Below, piece after piece: positions 29,847 through 41,489 of a stretch of 64,000 nucleotides of DNA. This DNA is from Planctomycetota bacterium. GTDB lineage: Bacteria; Planctomycetota; B15-G4. Below the pieces are notes generated by a model. It was not told the DNA's origin, made no database searches, and was given only the letters and a program-made list of their open reading frames with translations. The stretch is from positions 180,262 to 244,261 of the forward strand of contig JBBQUR010000006.1 in the NCBI GenBank assembly GCA_038212275.1, read 5' to 3'. Position 1 is the stretch's first letter, and each line of letters starts with the position of its first letter. The translations under genes and the position numbers were made by a program.

Positions 29847-30895
29847 CCTGCCGCGTCCTTGCTCCATGCATCTTCGTCCTCACGCTGCTGGCCGCCGCGC
29901 TTCCCTGCCCCGCGCAACAGGCAGGCGCCACGCCGTCGAATGTCGCGGAGGTTGCCGCCACGCCGGTCGTCAGCGACTCCCGCGAAGCGCCCGTGTTCAA
30001 CGCCGCCGACGTGGCGGTGCGCTACGTCCGCGTCGACAACGACTGGAGCCGCGTCACTCAGGCGCTCTCGGCGCAGGCTGAGCGCCGCTTCTTCGTGCGT
30101 GGCGCCGACGGAGCCGTGAGCGGCCCCTACAAGAACGTCGACAACTTCGGCAGCGTGATCGTCCTGCACGATCACGTATCGCTGCTGCCGGAGCTCGAGG
30201 CCACGCTGGCGCAGCTCGTCGAGGTCACGGCGGCACCGCCGGAGACGCGCGAGCCGTTGCAGGTCATCGAGTACAGGCCGCGGCACGAGGCCGTGAGCAG
30301 CCTGCTGCGCGCGCTGGAACCCTTCGCGCGCCGGATCGCGAACAACTCCGACGACTCCGGGCTGGGCACGACCGCCGTGAGCAACGTCACGATGCTGCCG
30401 GAGGCCGGCGTCCTCGTGCTGCGCGACACGGCGGCGCGCCTGGCAGAGATGCAGAACCTGCTGGCGCGGATCGACGTGCCCGCGCCGCAGGTGATGCTCA
30501 CCTGCCTGCTCATCCAGGATGTCCCCGAGGCCGACGGCGCAGACGCAACGGCCGGCCTGCCAGGGGACCTGGTGGCCGACCTCCGCCAGCTACTGCCCAT
30601 CCACGGACTGGCCCGCGTGGGGCAGGCCGCGCTGCGCATCGCGGTGGTTCCCGGCAGCAAGGTCAGCCTCACTGGCAAGCTCGAATCGGGACAGAACTTC
30701 GAGCTGAGACTCGAGCCGACCGGCTACGACCGCGAGAAAGGCAGCCTTTCGGTCACGCAGTGCACGCTGCGCCTCGACGAGGACGCCTTGTTCACGACGA
30801 GCGCGGTGCTGGCGGCCGGCGAGCACACGGTCCTGGGCGCCTCGGGCAAGCAGCCGCTTTTCGTCGTGCTGCGCGTGGTGCCGCTCGACGACTGA
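29843..30895 (+). CDS. Secreted hypothetical protein with NolW/secretin-N-like repeats
   Basis: Signal peptide; LVLRDT...L..MQNLLARIDVPAPQVML resembles a secretin N-domain junction; AGGAG and ATGA overlap. Confidence 0.6.
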   Translation: MTCRVLAPCIFVLTLLAAALPCPAQQAGATPSNVAEVAATPVVSDSREAPVFNAADVAVRYVRVDNDWSRVTQALSAQAERRFFVRGADGAVSGPYKNVDNFGSVIVLHDHVSLLPELEATLAQLVEVTAAPPETREPLQVIEYRPRHEAVSSLLRALEPFARRIANNSDDSGLGTTAVSNVTMLPEAGVLVLRDTAARLAEMQNLLARIDVPAPQVMLTCLLIQDVPEADGADATAGLPGDLVADLRQLLPIHGLARVGQAALRIAVVPGSKVSLTGKLESGQNFELRLEPTGYDREKGSLSVTQCTLRLDEDALFTTSAVLAAGEHTVLGASGKQPLFVVLRVVPLDD

Positions 30896-30911
30896 GCTTT
30901 GTGCTCGACGC

Positions 30912-30941
30912 TTGACAGACGTGCGGGGGGCGTGCTGATCT
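30912..30941 (+). promoter_or_regulatory. Putative sigma70 promoter of the leader ORF
   Basis: TTGACA (30912-30917), 18 nt, TGATCT, 8 nt, ATG 30950; -10 is a weak match. Confidence 0.35.
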
Positions 30942-30949
30942 GTATCGGC

Positions 30950-31330
30950 ATGTCCCCCCGCACTCCCTCGCTGCTGCGCTGGCTCCGTATCGCGGTTGCC
31001 GCGCTGGTGCTCTTCGGCGGCGAGGACCTTCACGAGCTGCTGCACAGGCAGAATTGGTCGGTTCCTGCAGGCGGAAACGCGGCCAGCGGCCAGCTCGAAC
31101 TCCACGCGGGTGCATGCCAGTTCGGGCAGTCAACGCACGAGCTGCACTGCCATGCCTGCCTGCTCTGCAAGACCGCTCAAGCTCACGACCTGCTGCTTCC
31201 CGTCGACGGCACCGCATGGGTGTCGACCGGCGCGGCGCCTGCTTTCGTGTGCGACACCACGACCTGCGTGTCGCCCCTCGACCTTCCTGGAACGCTCGGG
31301 GCCCGCGGGCCTCCCGTGACATCGGCCTGA
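30950..31330 (+). CDS. DUF2946-like leader protein (TM helix, His/CxxC, C-terminal ARGPP motif)
   Basis: 126 aa; HELLH after the hydrophobic N-terminus, HELHCHACLLC, ends GARGPPVTSA; upstream of a metal uptake operon. Confidence 0.8.
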   Translation: MSPRTPSLLRWLRIAVAALVLFGGEDLHELLHRQNWSVPAGGNAASGQLELHAGACQFGQSTHELHCHACLLCKTAQAHDLLLPVDGTAWVSTGAAPAFVCDTTTCVSPLDLPGTLGARGPPVTSA

Positions 31331-31447
31331 CCCTTTCGTCGCGCGGTCGCCCGCGCCGCCCACTTCGAGTGGTGCGGACGGAGTGACCCGCCGGTCACCG
31401 ATCCGTCCCGGCACGCTGTGCGTGCCTTTGATCCAGGGAGTTCACTC

Positions 31448-32908
31448 ATGCATGTCCCATTCCGTACCCACGGCACGCGGTCTCCTCGTGCTGATTTGTC
31501 GTGCCGGCAGGCCCGGTCGTGCCTGCTGTTGTTGCTGGCCGTGTGTGCCGGCAGCCCGGTGTCTTCCGCGCAGGATGCGGCGCCCGCGGCGGCAGGGTCC
31601 GCTGCACAAAGCAACGAGGAGCTGCAACGGCTGCTCGCCGAGGAACGCGCGGCGCGCATCGCACTCGAGAAACGTCTCGCGAAGCTCGAGCTGAAACTCA
31701 CCGAGCGGGAGGACGCCGATCTTGAAGCGCAGCTCCGCGGCCTCGTCGCGCCGGCCGATCTGGTCGTCGCACCGACGCGGACGATCTTTCCCAGCGCCGC
31801 CAATCCGCGCATCGGCGTCTTCATGGACTCCACCGTCGGAGTTGGAAATCTCAACAACGAGCTGGGCGACCCGGAGGGCAACAACTTCTCGCTGCGCGAA
31901 ACCGAGGTCGACTTCAGCCTGCCGATTTCGCCGTTCGCGGAAGGCGTGCTGGTCGTCCCCTTCGAGGACGACGGCAACGGCGACTTCGCCTCCAGCATCG
32001 AGGAGGGCTACGCGAAGATCGGCCTCGGCGGGCTGCTCGACAACGACTGGAAGACCGTCATGAAGCTCGGCCGCTTCCGGCCGCAGTTCGGGCGCAACAA
32101 CCAGCTCCACCTGCACGACTGGCTGCAGGTGAATCAGCCGCTGCCCGTGCAGAATCTGCTCGGTCCGGAGGGGATCATCGGCAACGGCGCCAACTTCGAG
32201 ATTCCGGTCGCGCACTTCGGCGAGACCGCCGGCGAGGGCCAGACCACGACGCTCAACCTGGCGGTCGTGAACGGCGACATCCTCTCGACGAGCGACGGCG
32301 ACCTCGGCGCGCTCGCCAACAGCGAAGGAACGAGCCTCAACTCCCAGGGTCCGGTCGCCGTGGCGCGGCTCTCGCACTACGTGGAACTGGGCACGCTCTC
32401 GGACGTCGAGGTCGGCGTGTCCACGCTGCAGCGCCTGGACAACCAGGCCGTCATGACCGACTCGGGGGCGGAGATCAACCCGAGCTACTACGACGCGGAC
32501 TTCACCTGGCGCAGTCGCGACGACGAGACCGGCATCGGCAGCTGGCTGGTGCAGACCGAAATGATGCAGACGAACGTGAACTACGGAGACTCCGGCATCG
32601 GAGGCAGCTCCAACAGCCAGTCGCGCGACGGCTGGTGGGTCACCGTGCAGCGCCAGATCACGCCGAGCACGTACATCGGCCTGCTCTACGCGGAGAGCGA
32701 CGTGCTCGGCAACAACGCGCACGATGATTCCATCTCGCCCTACGTGACCTGGTATGCGGATGAGTTTTTCCGCGTGCGCTGGCAGGTGGACCGCCAGTCG
32801 CAGAGCGGGTCCGGCAGCGACAACTTCAGCGATGCGTATCGCGGGCTCATGGAAGTCACCTGGAACTTCGGCGCCCACCCTCCCCACCCCTACTGGGTCA
32901 ACCGGTAG
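31448..32908 (+). CDS. Outer-membrane beta-barrel (porin-like) protein associated with metal ABC uptake
   Basis: Signal peptide, coiled coil, ANPRIG, LRETEV, GRFRPQFGRNNQLHLHDW, beta strands, C-terminal GAHPPHPY. Confidence 0.75.
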   Translation: MHVPFRTHGTRSPRADLSCRQARSCLLLLLAVCAGSPVSSAQDAAPAAAGSAAQSNEELQRLLAEERAARIALEKRLAKLELKLTEREDADLEAQLRGLVAPADLVVAPTRTIFPSAANPRIGVFMDSTVGVGNLNNELGDPEGNNFSLRETEVDFSLPISPFAEGVLVVPFEDDGNGDFASSIEEGYAKIGLGGLLDNDWKTVMKLGRFRPQFGRNNQLHLHDWLQVNQPLPVQNLLGPEGIIGNGANFEIPVAHFGETAGEGQTTTLNLAVVNGDILSTSDGDLGALANSEGTSLNSQGPVAVARLSHYVELGTLSDVEVGVSTLQRLDNQAVMTDSGAEINPSYYDADFTWRSRDDETGIGSWLVQTEMMQTNVNYGDSGIGGSSNSQSRDGWWVTVQRQITPSTYIGLLYAESDVLGNNAHDDSISPYVTWYADEFFRVRWQVDRQSQSGSGSDNFSDAYRGLMEVTWNFGAHPPHPYWVNR

Positions 32909-32919
32909 AAAGGCATCCG

Positions 32920-33930
32920 ATGAAAACACTCTTCACCATGTTGCTCGCCGTCACGCTCGGGCCCGTCAGCGCCGCCAGCGCCGTGGCCCCGCACCTCGAG
33001 GCTCCGCAGCCGGCCCGCGGAGCGCCGCTCGCACCGCCGCCGCTCGCGCCGCCGCAGTCCGACGCTCCGCTGAAGGTCATTGCCACCACGCCGACGTACG
33101 GCGATCTTGCGCGCGAGATCGGCGGCGAGTTCGTGGACGTGATCGACCTGTGCCGGGCCACGCAGGACATGCACGCAGTCGGCGCCACGCCGTCGCAGAT
33201 GGCGCGCATGCAGGGCGCCGGCCTTGTGCTGTACACCGGGCTGGACGCCGAGGGCTGGCTCGATCCCATGCTGCGCAGCTCCGGCAACCTGGCGCTGCTG
33301 CCCGGCAACGCGCGCTCGATCGCGCTGTCGGACGGCATCCCTGTGAAGGAGGTGCCGGCCGAACTGTCGCGCTCGAACGGCGACATCCATGCCTATGGCA
33401 ATCCGCACCTCTGGGCCGACCCGCTCGCCGTGCGCACGATGGGCGACCGCGTGAAGGAGGCGCTCGCCGACGCGCTGCCGGCGCACGCCGACGAAATCAA
33501 CGCGCGCGGCACCGCCTTCCACGACCGGATCACGAAGAAGCTCGTGGAATGGCTGAAGAAGTACGCGCCCCTCAAGGGCAAGCGCGTGGTGACCTACCAC
33601 CCTGCGTGGCCGTACCTGCTCGAGCGCTTCGGCCTGGAGCTGGCCGGCACGGTGGAGCCCAAGCCCCGCGTCGCACCAACGGCGAGTCACCTGGAAAAGC
33701 TGGTGGAAACGATCAAGTCAGAGCACGTGAAGCTCATCATCCGCGAGCCCTTCCAGTCGCCGGATGCCACCGACTACCTTGCCCAGCAGACGGGAGCGAC
33801 GGTGCTGGAACTTTCCACGCACCCTGAGGGCGGCGGCGCGGGAGATGCGATCATCAACCACTTCGAGGAGTCGCTGGCGGCGATTTCCGCCGTGGTGGAC
33901 CCCGTCGCGCCGGCCACGCCCGGAGCGTAG
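32920..33930 (+). CDS. Zn/Mn ABC transporter substrate-binding protein (ZnuA/TroA family)
   Basis: DMH, GDIHAYGNPHLWADP, TYH..W.YL..RFGL, PTASHL motifs. Confidence 0.9.
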   Translation: MKTLFTMLLAVTLGPVSAASAVAPHLEAPQPARGAPLAPPPLAPPQSDAPLKVIATTPTYGDLAREIGGEFVDVIDLCRATQDMHAVGATPSQMARMQGAGLVLYTGLDAEGWLDPMLRSSGNLALLPGNARSIALSDGIPVKEVPAELSRSNGDIHAYGNPHLWADPLAVRTMGDRVKEALADALPAHADEINARGTAFHDRITKKLVEWLKKYAPLKGKRVVTYHPAWPYLLERFGLELAGTVEPKPRVAPTASHLEKLVETIKSEHVKLIIREPFQSPDATDYLAQQTGATVLELSTHPEGGGAGDAIINHFEESLAAISAVVDPVAPATPGA

Positions 33931-33936
33931 ACGAGC

Positions 33937-34719
33937 ATGCCGAAGCCCATGACCGAAACCTCCGCCGCTCCGCTCGTGCGCCTCACGGACGTGAGTTGCG
34001 GTTACGAGCGACACGTGGTTCTCACGGGCGTGTCGCTCGTGCTGCGGAAGCGCCACATGCTGGCACTCGTCGGGCCCAACGGCGCGGGCAAGACCACGCT
34101 GCTCCGCACGCTGCTCGGGCTGCTGCCGGTGCGCGCCGGGAGCATCGAGTACGGAAGCGGCCATCCCCCGCGCATCGGATACGTGCCGCAGACCGACATC
34201 TCCGAGGTGCTGTTTCCCGTGACCGCGCTGGAAGTCGCGCTCATGGGACTCACGCCACACCTCGGGCTGCTGCGGCGGCCGAATGCCGCCGACCGGCAGG
34301 CCGCGCGGGACGCGCTGGCCCGCTTCGACGTGGCCAACCTCGCCGAACGGCAATTCCGCTCGCTTTCCGGCGGCCAGCGCCAGCGTGTGCTGCTCGCGCG
34401 CGGGCTCGTCGGCAATCCGGAGATGCTCGTGCTCGACGAACCGGTGCGCGGGCTGGACATCGCCAGCTCCGCCACGCTCGTGCAGCTCATGGTCGACCTC
34501 GCCAGGCAGCAGGGCATCGCCATCGTCGTGGCCACGCACAGCCTGGACCTCGTCGCCAACCATGCCGACGACGTCGCGCTGGTGCGGCACGGCACCGTGC
34601 GCGCCGGGCCGGCGCGCGAGATCATGACCACGCCAGTGCTCACGGAGTTTCACGGGCTGCCCGTGCACGTGCACGAGGTGGACGGTCAACGCGTCGTCCT
34701 CGCCGGGAAGGAACCATGA
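33937..34719 (+). CDS. Metal ABC transporter ATP-binding protein (ZnuC-like)
   Basis: GPNGAGKTT, IGYVPQ, LSGGQRQRVLLAR, LDEP. Confidence 0.9.
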   Translation: MPKPMTETSAAPLVRLTDVSCGYERHVVLTGVSLVLRKRHMLALVGPNGAGKTTLLRTLLGLLPVRAGSIEYGSGHPPRIGYVPQTDISEVLFPVTALEVALMGLTPHLGLLRRPNAADRQAARDALARFDVANLAERQFRSLSGGQRQRVLLARGLVGNPEMLVLDEPVRGLDIASSATLVQLMVDLARQQGIAIVVATHSLDLVANHADDVALVRHGTVRAGPAREIMTTPVLTEFHGLPVHVHEVDGQRVVLAGKEP

Positions 34720-36194
34720 GCATGACGCACTGGCTCGACGGCACGCCGCTGGCCGCCATCCCGGGCGCCACGGTGGCCGCGCTGATCGCGGGCACGCTGC
34801 TGCCGATGCTCGGCGTGTGGGTCGTGTACCAGCGCATCGTGTTCCTGGGCGTGACACTGGCCCAGGTGGCGGCCGCGGGCGTGGCGCTGGGACTGCTGCT
34901 CGACCTGCCACCGCTGCCGATGGGCTTCCTGCTCTGCGCGATCATGGTCGGACTTGTCGTGCGCGGCTTCCGCGGCGGCATCGGCAGCGGCGGCGACAGC
35001 GCGCTCGGCGCGGCCTTCTGCGTGGCCTCCGCGCTCGCGCTGCTCTTCATCTCGCGTTCGCCGTCCGAGGTCGAGGAGATCGAACGCGTCCTGCACGGCA
35101 ACCTCATCTTCGCGCTGCCGGCGGACGTTGAGCGCGTCTCCATCGCACTGGTCGCCGGTCTCGTCGTGATCGGGCTGTTCTTCAAGCAGATCCTGTTCTC
35201 CGCCTTCGACGGCGAGACGGCGGCCGCGCTCGGGCTCCGCCCGCGCAGCTGGTTGCTGCTGCTCTTCGTGGTGCTTGCGATCGTGCTCACGCTCTCCATG
35301 AGCACCACCGGCTCGCTGCTCACGTCCGCGCTGCTCATCCTGCCGCCGCTGGCCGCGCTGCAGTTCCGTCGCGGGCTGAAGGCCAGCTTCGCGCTCGCGG
35401 CGCTGCTGGGCTTCGTCGCGACGCTCGCGGGACTGCTGCTCGCCGTCACGGCGGATCTGCACCTCGAGTCGTCCATCGTGGTGACCTCGTTCCTGTTGCT
35501 GCCTCTGGTGGCGTGCTGGAGAATCTCGCCCTTCCTGGCGCTCGCGCTGGCCGCGGGCCTGGCCTTCCTCGCGCCGCAACTTGCGCCGAAACAGCAGCCG
35601 CCGCTCGCGTCGCCGCATGCGGCCGTGGATCCCGCCGCAGACCTGCCGGACGACATCACCGCACTGCTGGCCGAGGCCACGAGAGACGAGGCCGGCGGTG
35701 CGGCGACTTCCGCGCCGACTTCCGTGCCGACGGCCGCGCTGGCTGCCGCGGCGACTTCCGTGCCGACTTCCGTGCCCGCGACCACCGATGCATCGCTGGC
35801 TCCGGCTGCGTCGCCAACCGACAAGGCGGGTCACCACTCCGAAGCGCTGCAGCTGCATCTCTTCGCGCAACCCGCCGCCGAAGCGAACTCCGTGGAAGTG
35901 AGCTGGACGCTCGAGCTGCGCCGCAACGTGCCGCCCCAGCCGCTGCCGCGCACGGTCTACCTGGTGACGACGGGTTGCGGCGTGACCGACGAGCGCGCCA
36001 TCGTGCGCGACACCGCTCAGCTGCGACCGACCGACACGATGCTCACCGGCGGCTTCACGCTCGTCGGCACAAGTTCCGTCGGTCCGATCGCCGGCCAGCT
36101 CTGGACCGGCCCGCGCAACGACGAGCGCTCGACGCCCGTGCCGAACTCCGTGGTGCTGCCATCCACAGCGCCGTCGGCTCACGGCCACCCCTAG
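34716..36194 (+). CDS. Metal ABC transporter permease (ZnuB-like) with long C-terminal soluble extension
   Basis: LGVWVV.QRIVFLG..LAQVAAAGVA, GNL, FDGETAAALG, G.LL...LLILPP; about 200 extra aa; ATGA overlap. Confidence 0.85.
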   Translation: MSMTHWLDGTPLAAIPGATVAALIAGTLLPMLGVWVVYQRIVFLGVTLAQVAAAGVALGLLLDLPPLPMGFLLCAIMVGLVVRGFRGGIGSGGDSALGAAFCVASALALLFISRSPSEVEEIERVLHGNLIFALPADVERVSIALVAGLVVIGLFFKQILFSAFDGETAAALGLRPRSWLLLLFVVLAIVLTLSMSTTGSLLTSALLILPPLAALQFRRGLKASFALAALLGFVATLAGLLLAVTADLHLESSIVVTSFLLLPLVACWRISPFLALALAAGLAFLAPQLAPKQQPPLASPHAAVDPAADLPDDITALLAEATRDEAGGAATSAPTSVPTAALAAAATSVPTSVPATTDASLAPAASPTDKAGHHSEALQLHLFAQPAAEANSVEVSWTLELRRNVPPQPLPRTVYLVTTGCGVTDERAIVRDTAQLRPTDTMLTGGFTLVGTSSVGPIAGQLWTGPRNDERSTPVPNSVVLPSTAPSAHGHP

Positions 36195-36398
36195 GGAGGG
36201 CATCACGGTGCGCTCGGCAAGCCGGATGGTTCGCTCACACGGGCGTGGTCAGGCATCGACACCGCCACGACGATCAGCGTCCATCCGAACGGCGCCGGAG
36301 TCCGGGCCGGCAGCTGGACGGCAAGGTCGTCAGCCGCCTGGAGGGACTCGTCGACAAGTGACAGTCCATCGCCCTCAATCAGGAGTCGACGCGCCACC

Positions 36399-36959
36399 AT
36401 GGGAGCATTGACCTTCAGCATCAACGTCACCCTCGACGGTTGCGTCGACCATCAGGAGGGTATCGCCGACGACGAAACACACTCTCTCTTCACCCGCCTC
36501 ATGGACGAGGCCGGGGCGATGCTGTGGGGCCGCATCACCTACGAGATGATGGAGAGCTACTGGCCGGCGGTCGCCCGCGGCGACGAAGAGGCGCCGCCGA
36601 CGATGCGCGAGTGGGCGATCAAGCTGGAGGCCAAGCAGAAATACGTGGTGTCGTCGACGCGAACGGACTTCCCGTGGACCAACAGCCACCTCATCGCCGG
36701 CGACTTGCGCACGAGCGTGCAGAAACTCAAGGATGCGACCCCTGCCGGCGTGCTCCTCGGTAGCGGCAAGCTCGCGACCGAGCTGGACCGGCTGGATCTG
36801 ATCGACGAGTACAGATTCCTCGTCCACCCCAGGATCGCCGGCCACGGCCCGACCCTTTACCAGAGCGGGCTACCCGGCACGCGACGGCTCGAGCTGGTCT
36901 CGTCGATGCCACTTCGCTGCGGCGCCGTCGCCATGCACTACCGGCGCGCGCGCGGTTGA
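36399..36959 (+). CDS. Dihydrofolate reductase family (RibD C-terminal domain) protein
   Basis: TLDGC, GRITYE, KYVVSST, GSGKLA, LIDEY...VHP...G.G. Confidence 0.9.
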   Translation: MGALTFSINVTLDGCVDHQEGIADDETHSLFTRLMDEAGAMLWGRITYEMMESYWPAVARGDEEAPPTMREWAIKLEAKQKYVVSSTRTDFPWTNSHLIAGDLRTSVQKLKDATPAGVLLGSGKLATELDRLDLIDEYRFLVHPRIAGHGPTLYQSGLPGTRRLELVSSMPLRCGAVAMHYRRARG

Positions 36960-37061
36960 CATCCGGTTGCGTGTTCGCGGCCCTGGACACCTGCTGGCTA
37001 CCCATTGCCCGGGACCTGGACGTCTCGCATTGACGCAGCACGACCTGCGATTGGGTCCTGA

Positions 37062-39302
<2,241 letters not shown>

Positions 39303-39416
39303 TCAGGCGAGGCGCAGCGTGTCGCGAGCCAGCGCCGTGATCATCACGCTGCTGTGCACCGCCATGGCAGCCGCCCGGCTGATGTTCGACGCGCGGTCAC
39401 CGGGACCGTCTCGCGC

Positions 39417-40124
39417 TCAGTCGAGCAATTCGTAGGTGACCTCGATGCGTGACACGACCTCGAAGCTGCCCGGCGGCGCCTCGGGAGAGCCCTCCACGCT
39501 GTCCGGCGAGAGCTGACTCTCCTCGATCGAGCGCACGGCGCCGAGGCGCAGGCTGACTTCCTGCGCGAGCATCTCGGCCTTGGTGCGCGCTTCGATCAGC
39601 GCGCGTTCGCGCGCGCGATCGCCGGCGCCGCGCATGTCGGTGATGCCGAAGCGCATCTGCTCGATGGCATCCGCGCCGGCGCCCAGCACCACCGCCAGGA
39701 GCGCGGGCAGGCGTTGCAGCTCGTTCACCGTGACCACCATGCGCTGGCCGAGCCACCACGCGTCGGGTCGGTCGGCCCCCTGAAGCACGAGCTGGATGTC
39801 GCGCATGACCATGTCGGTCGGGCGCACGCCCGCCTGCTCGAGCACCTTGCTGAGCTTGGCCATGCGCGCGCTGCCCTGCGCCCACGCGGCTTCCGCAGTC
39901 GGCGCCGTCAGCTTGATGACGCACTCGAAACTGGCCTGCGACGGCGGCAGCGACATGCGCCCCGTGCCCGAGACCTTCAGCACGCGCCCCGCGTCGACGG
40001 CCGGCAGGTCGAACGACCCCGCGAGCGTCGGTCGCTCGGTGCAGCCGCCGAGGAGCAATGACGCCAGCAGCACCGGCACGATCGCCAGGCCTCTCGTCCG
40101 CGCGTCACCCGATGCGCCTCTCAC
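39417..40124 (-). CDS. SIMPL (DUF541) domain lipoprotein
   Basis: LLLGGC lipobox, VSGTG....P, ARERAL.EAR.KAE.LA....LG.V.SI.E, V.VTY; GTGA overlap with the peroxidase stop. Confidence 0.8.
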   Translation of the reverse strand: MRGASGDARTRGLAIVPVLLASLLLGGCTERPTLAGSFDLPAVDAGRVLKVSGTGRMSLPPSQASFECVIKLTAPTAEAAWAQGSARMAKLSKVLEQAGVRPTDMVMRDIQLVLQGADRPDAWWLGQRMVVTVNELQRLPALLAVVLGAGADAIEQMRFGITDMRGAGDRARERALIEARTKAEMLAQEVSLRLGAVRSIEESQLSPDSVEGSPEAPPGSFEVVSRIEVTYELLD

Positions 40125-41275
40125 TGCGGGAACTGCGCCGGGGCCGTGTCCATGAATCCCTCGCCGTTCAGCGACTCCATGAAGGCGACGAGTGCGTCCA
40201 CGTCCGCGTCGGCCAGGTCCAGCTTGAACATCTTGGGCGAGAGGTGCGGATTGGGTTGCCCGCCCTTGCGATAGTGCTCGACGACGTCCTTCAGCGTCGC
40301 AAGCGAACCGTCGTGCATGTACGGCGCGTGCCGCGACACCTCGCGCAGGCCGGGCGTCTTGAACGCGCCGAGGTCGTCGGGCTTGCCGCTGATCTTGCCA
40401 CGACCCTCGTCCTTGAAGCTTCCGGCGGAAGCATCCCAGCCGATGCCGAGATTGTGAAACTTGCTGTCCGTGAACGACGTGCCGACGTGGCACGTCGCGC
40501 AGAGCGCCTTGCCGAAAAACAGTTCGCTGCCTTGCTTGACCTGTTCGCTCACCAGCGCCTGCCCCGCGACGTCGTCGTCTTCGGCATCCCGCCAGCGGTC
40601 CCACGCCGAGTTGCCCGAGATGCGCGTGCGCTCGTAGGCCGCGATGGCCAGCGCGATGCGGTCGAGGTTGATCGCGTCGTCACCGAAGGCCTGCTTGAAG
40701 TACGGCTTGTAGCCGGCGACGCCGGCGACCGAGGCGACGACCGCGTCGTGCGTGTTGCCCATCTCGATCGGGTTGGCCATCGGGCCGATGGCCTGCGCCT
40801 CCAGCGAGGCTGCGCGGCCGTCCCAGAAAGTCTCCGGGTAGAAGGCGAAGGCCGCGTTGACGAACGACGGCGCCTTGCGTCCGCCCCGCTGCCCGCGAAT
40901 GCCGGTGGACACGGGTGTCTGCTCGGAGAATCCGAACTCGGGCGCGTGGCACGTCGCGCAGGAGATGCTGCCGTCCGCGGAAAGGCGCTTGTCGTAATAG
41001 AGCCAGCGGCCGAGGCGCACCTGCTCGGGCGTCGGCGGGTTGCGGATGTCCGACAGCGAGGCATCGAGGCCGAGCAGCTTGCCGGGCAGCGGCACCACGG
41101 GATTGCTGCGCTCCAAGTCCTCGGCCGACGGTGCGGGGCCGCGCTGCGCCACGTGCGCATCCTGCTCGAGCTGCTCGAGCTGCTCGACGCCGGCCCCCGC
41201 CGAAACGGCGACTCCGGCCGCGATCGAGACCGCGAGGAATGGAATCGAAACCAACTTCAACCACTGGACGCTCAC
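40121..41275 (-). CDS. Di-heme cytochrome c peroxidase (CcpA/MauG family)
   Basis: Two CATCH motifs, LGR.LY.DKRLS, FWDGRA.SLE.QA.GP, FKTPGLR, PYMHDG; AAGGAG upstream of the GTG. Confidence 0.93.
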   Translation of the reverse strand: MSVQWLKLVSIPFLAVSIAAGVAVSAGAGVEQLEQLEQDAHVAQRGPAPSAEDLERSNPVVPLPGKLLGLDASLSDIRNPPTPEQVRLGRWLYYDKRLSADGSISCATCHAPEFGFSEQTPVSTGIRGQRGGRKAPSFVNAAFAFYPETFWDGRAASLEAQAIGPMANPIEMGNTHDAVVASVAGVAGYKPYFKQAFGDDAINLDRIALAIAAYERTRISGNSAWDRWRDAEDDDVAGQALVSEQVKQGSELFFGKALCATCHVGTSFTDSKFHNLGIGWDASAGSFKDEGRGKISGKPDDLGAFKTPGLREVSRHAPYMHDGSLATLKDVVEHYRKGGQPNPHLSPKMFKLDLADADVDALVAFMESLNGEGFMDTAPAQFPQ

Positions 41276-41489
41276 CACTCGCTCCTTTGCAGGCGATGGA
41301 ACGGACATGAGTGTCCTAGGCCTGCGACACGGAGACAAGCACGTCGCATGCCGAGACGGCAAATTCATGCGGTCGCCGATGCGCCGGATGTCGCCGCGGC
41401 GTCGCCGGATGTCGCCGGATGTCGCCGTGGTGCGGCCGTCGTGCGGCCGTCGTGCGGCCAAGAAGGCAGTCGCCCCCCTGGCGCCGCCC

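Noticed and set aside
36195..36398. Small ORFs between the permease and the DHFR-like gene
   Set aside because: No recognisable motif or convincing start; possibly a remnant, but unsupported.
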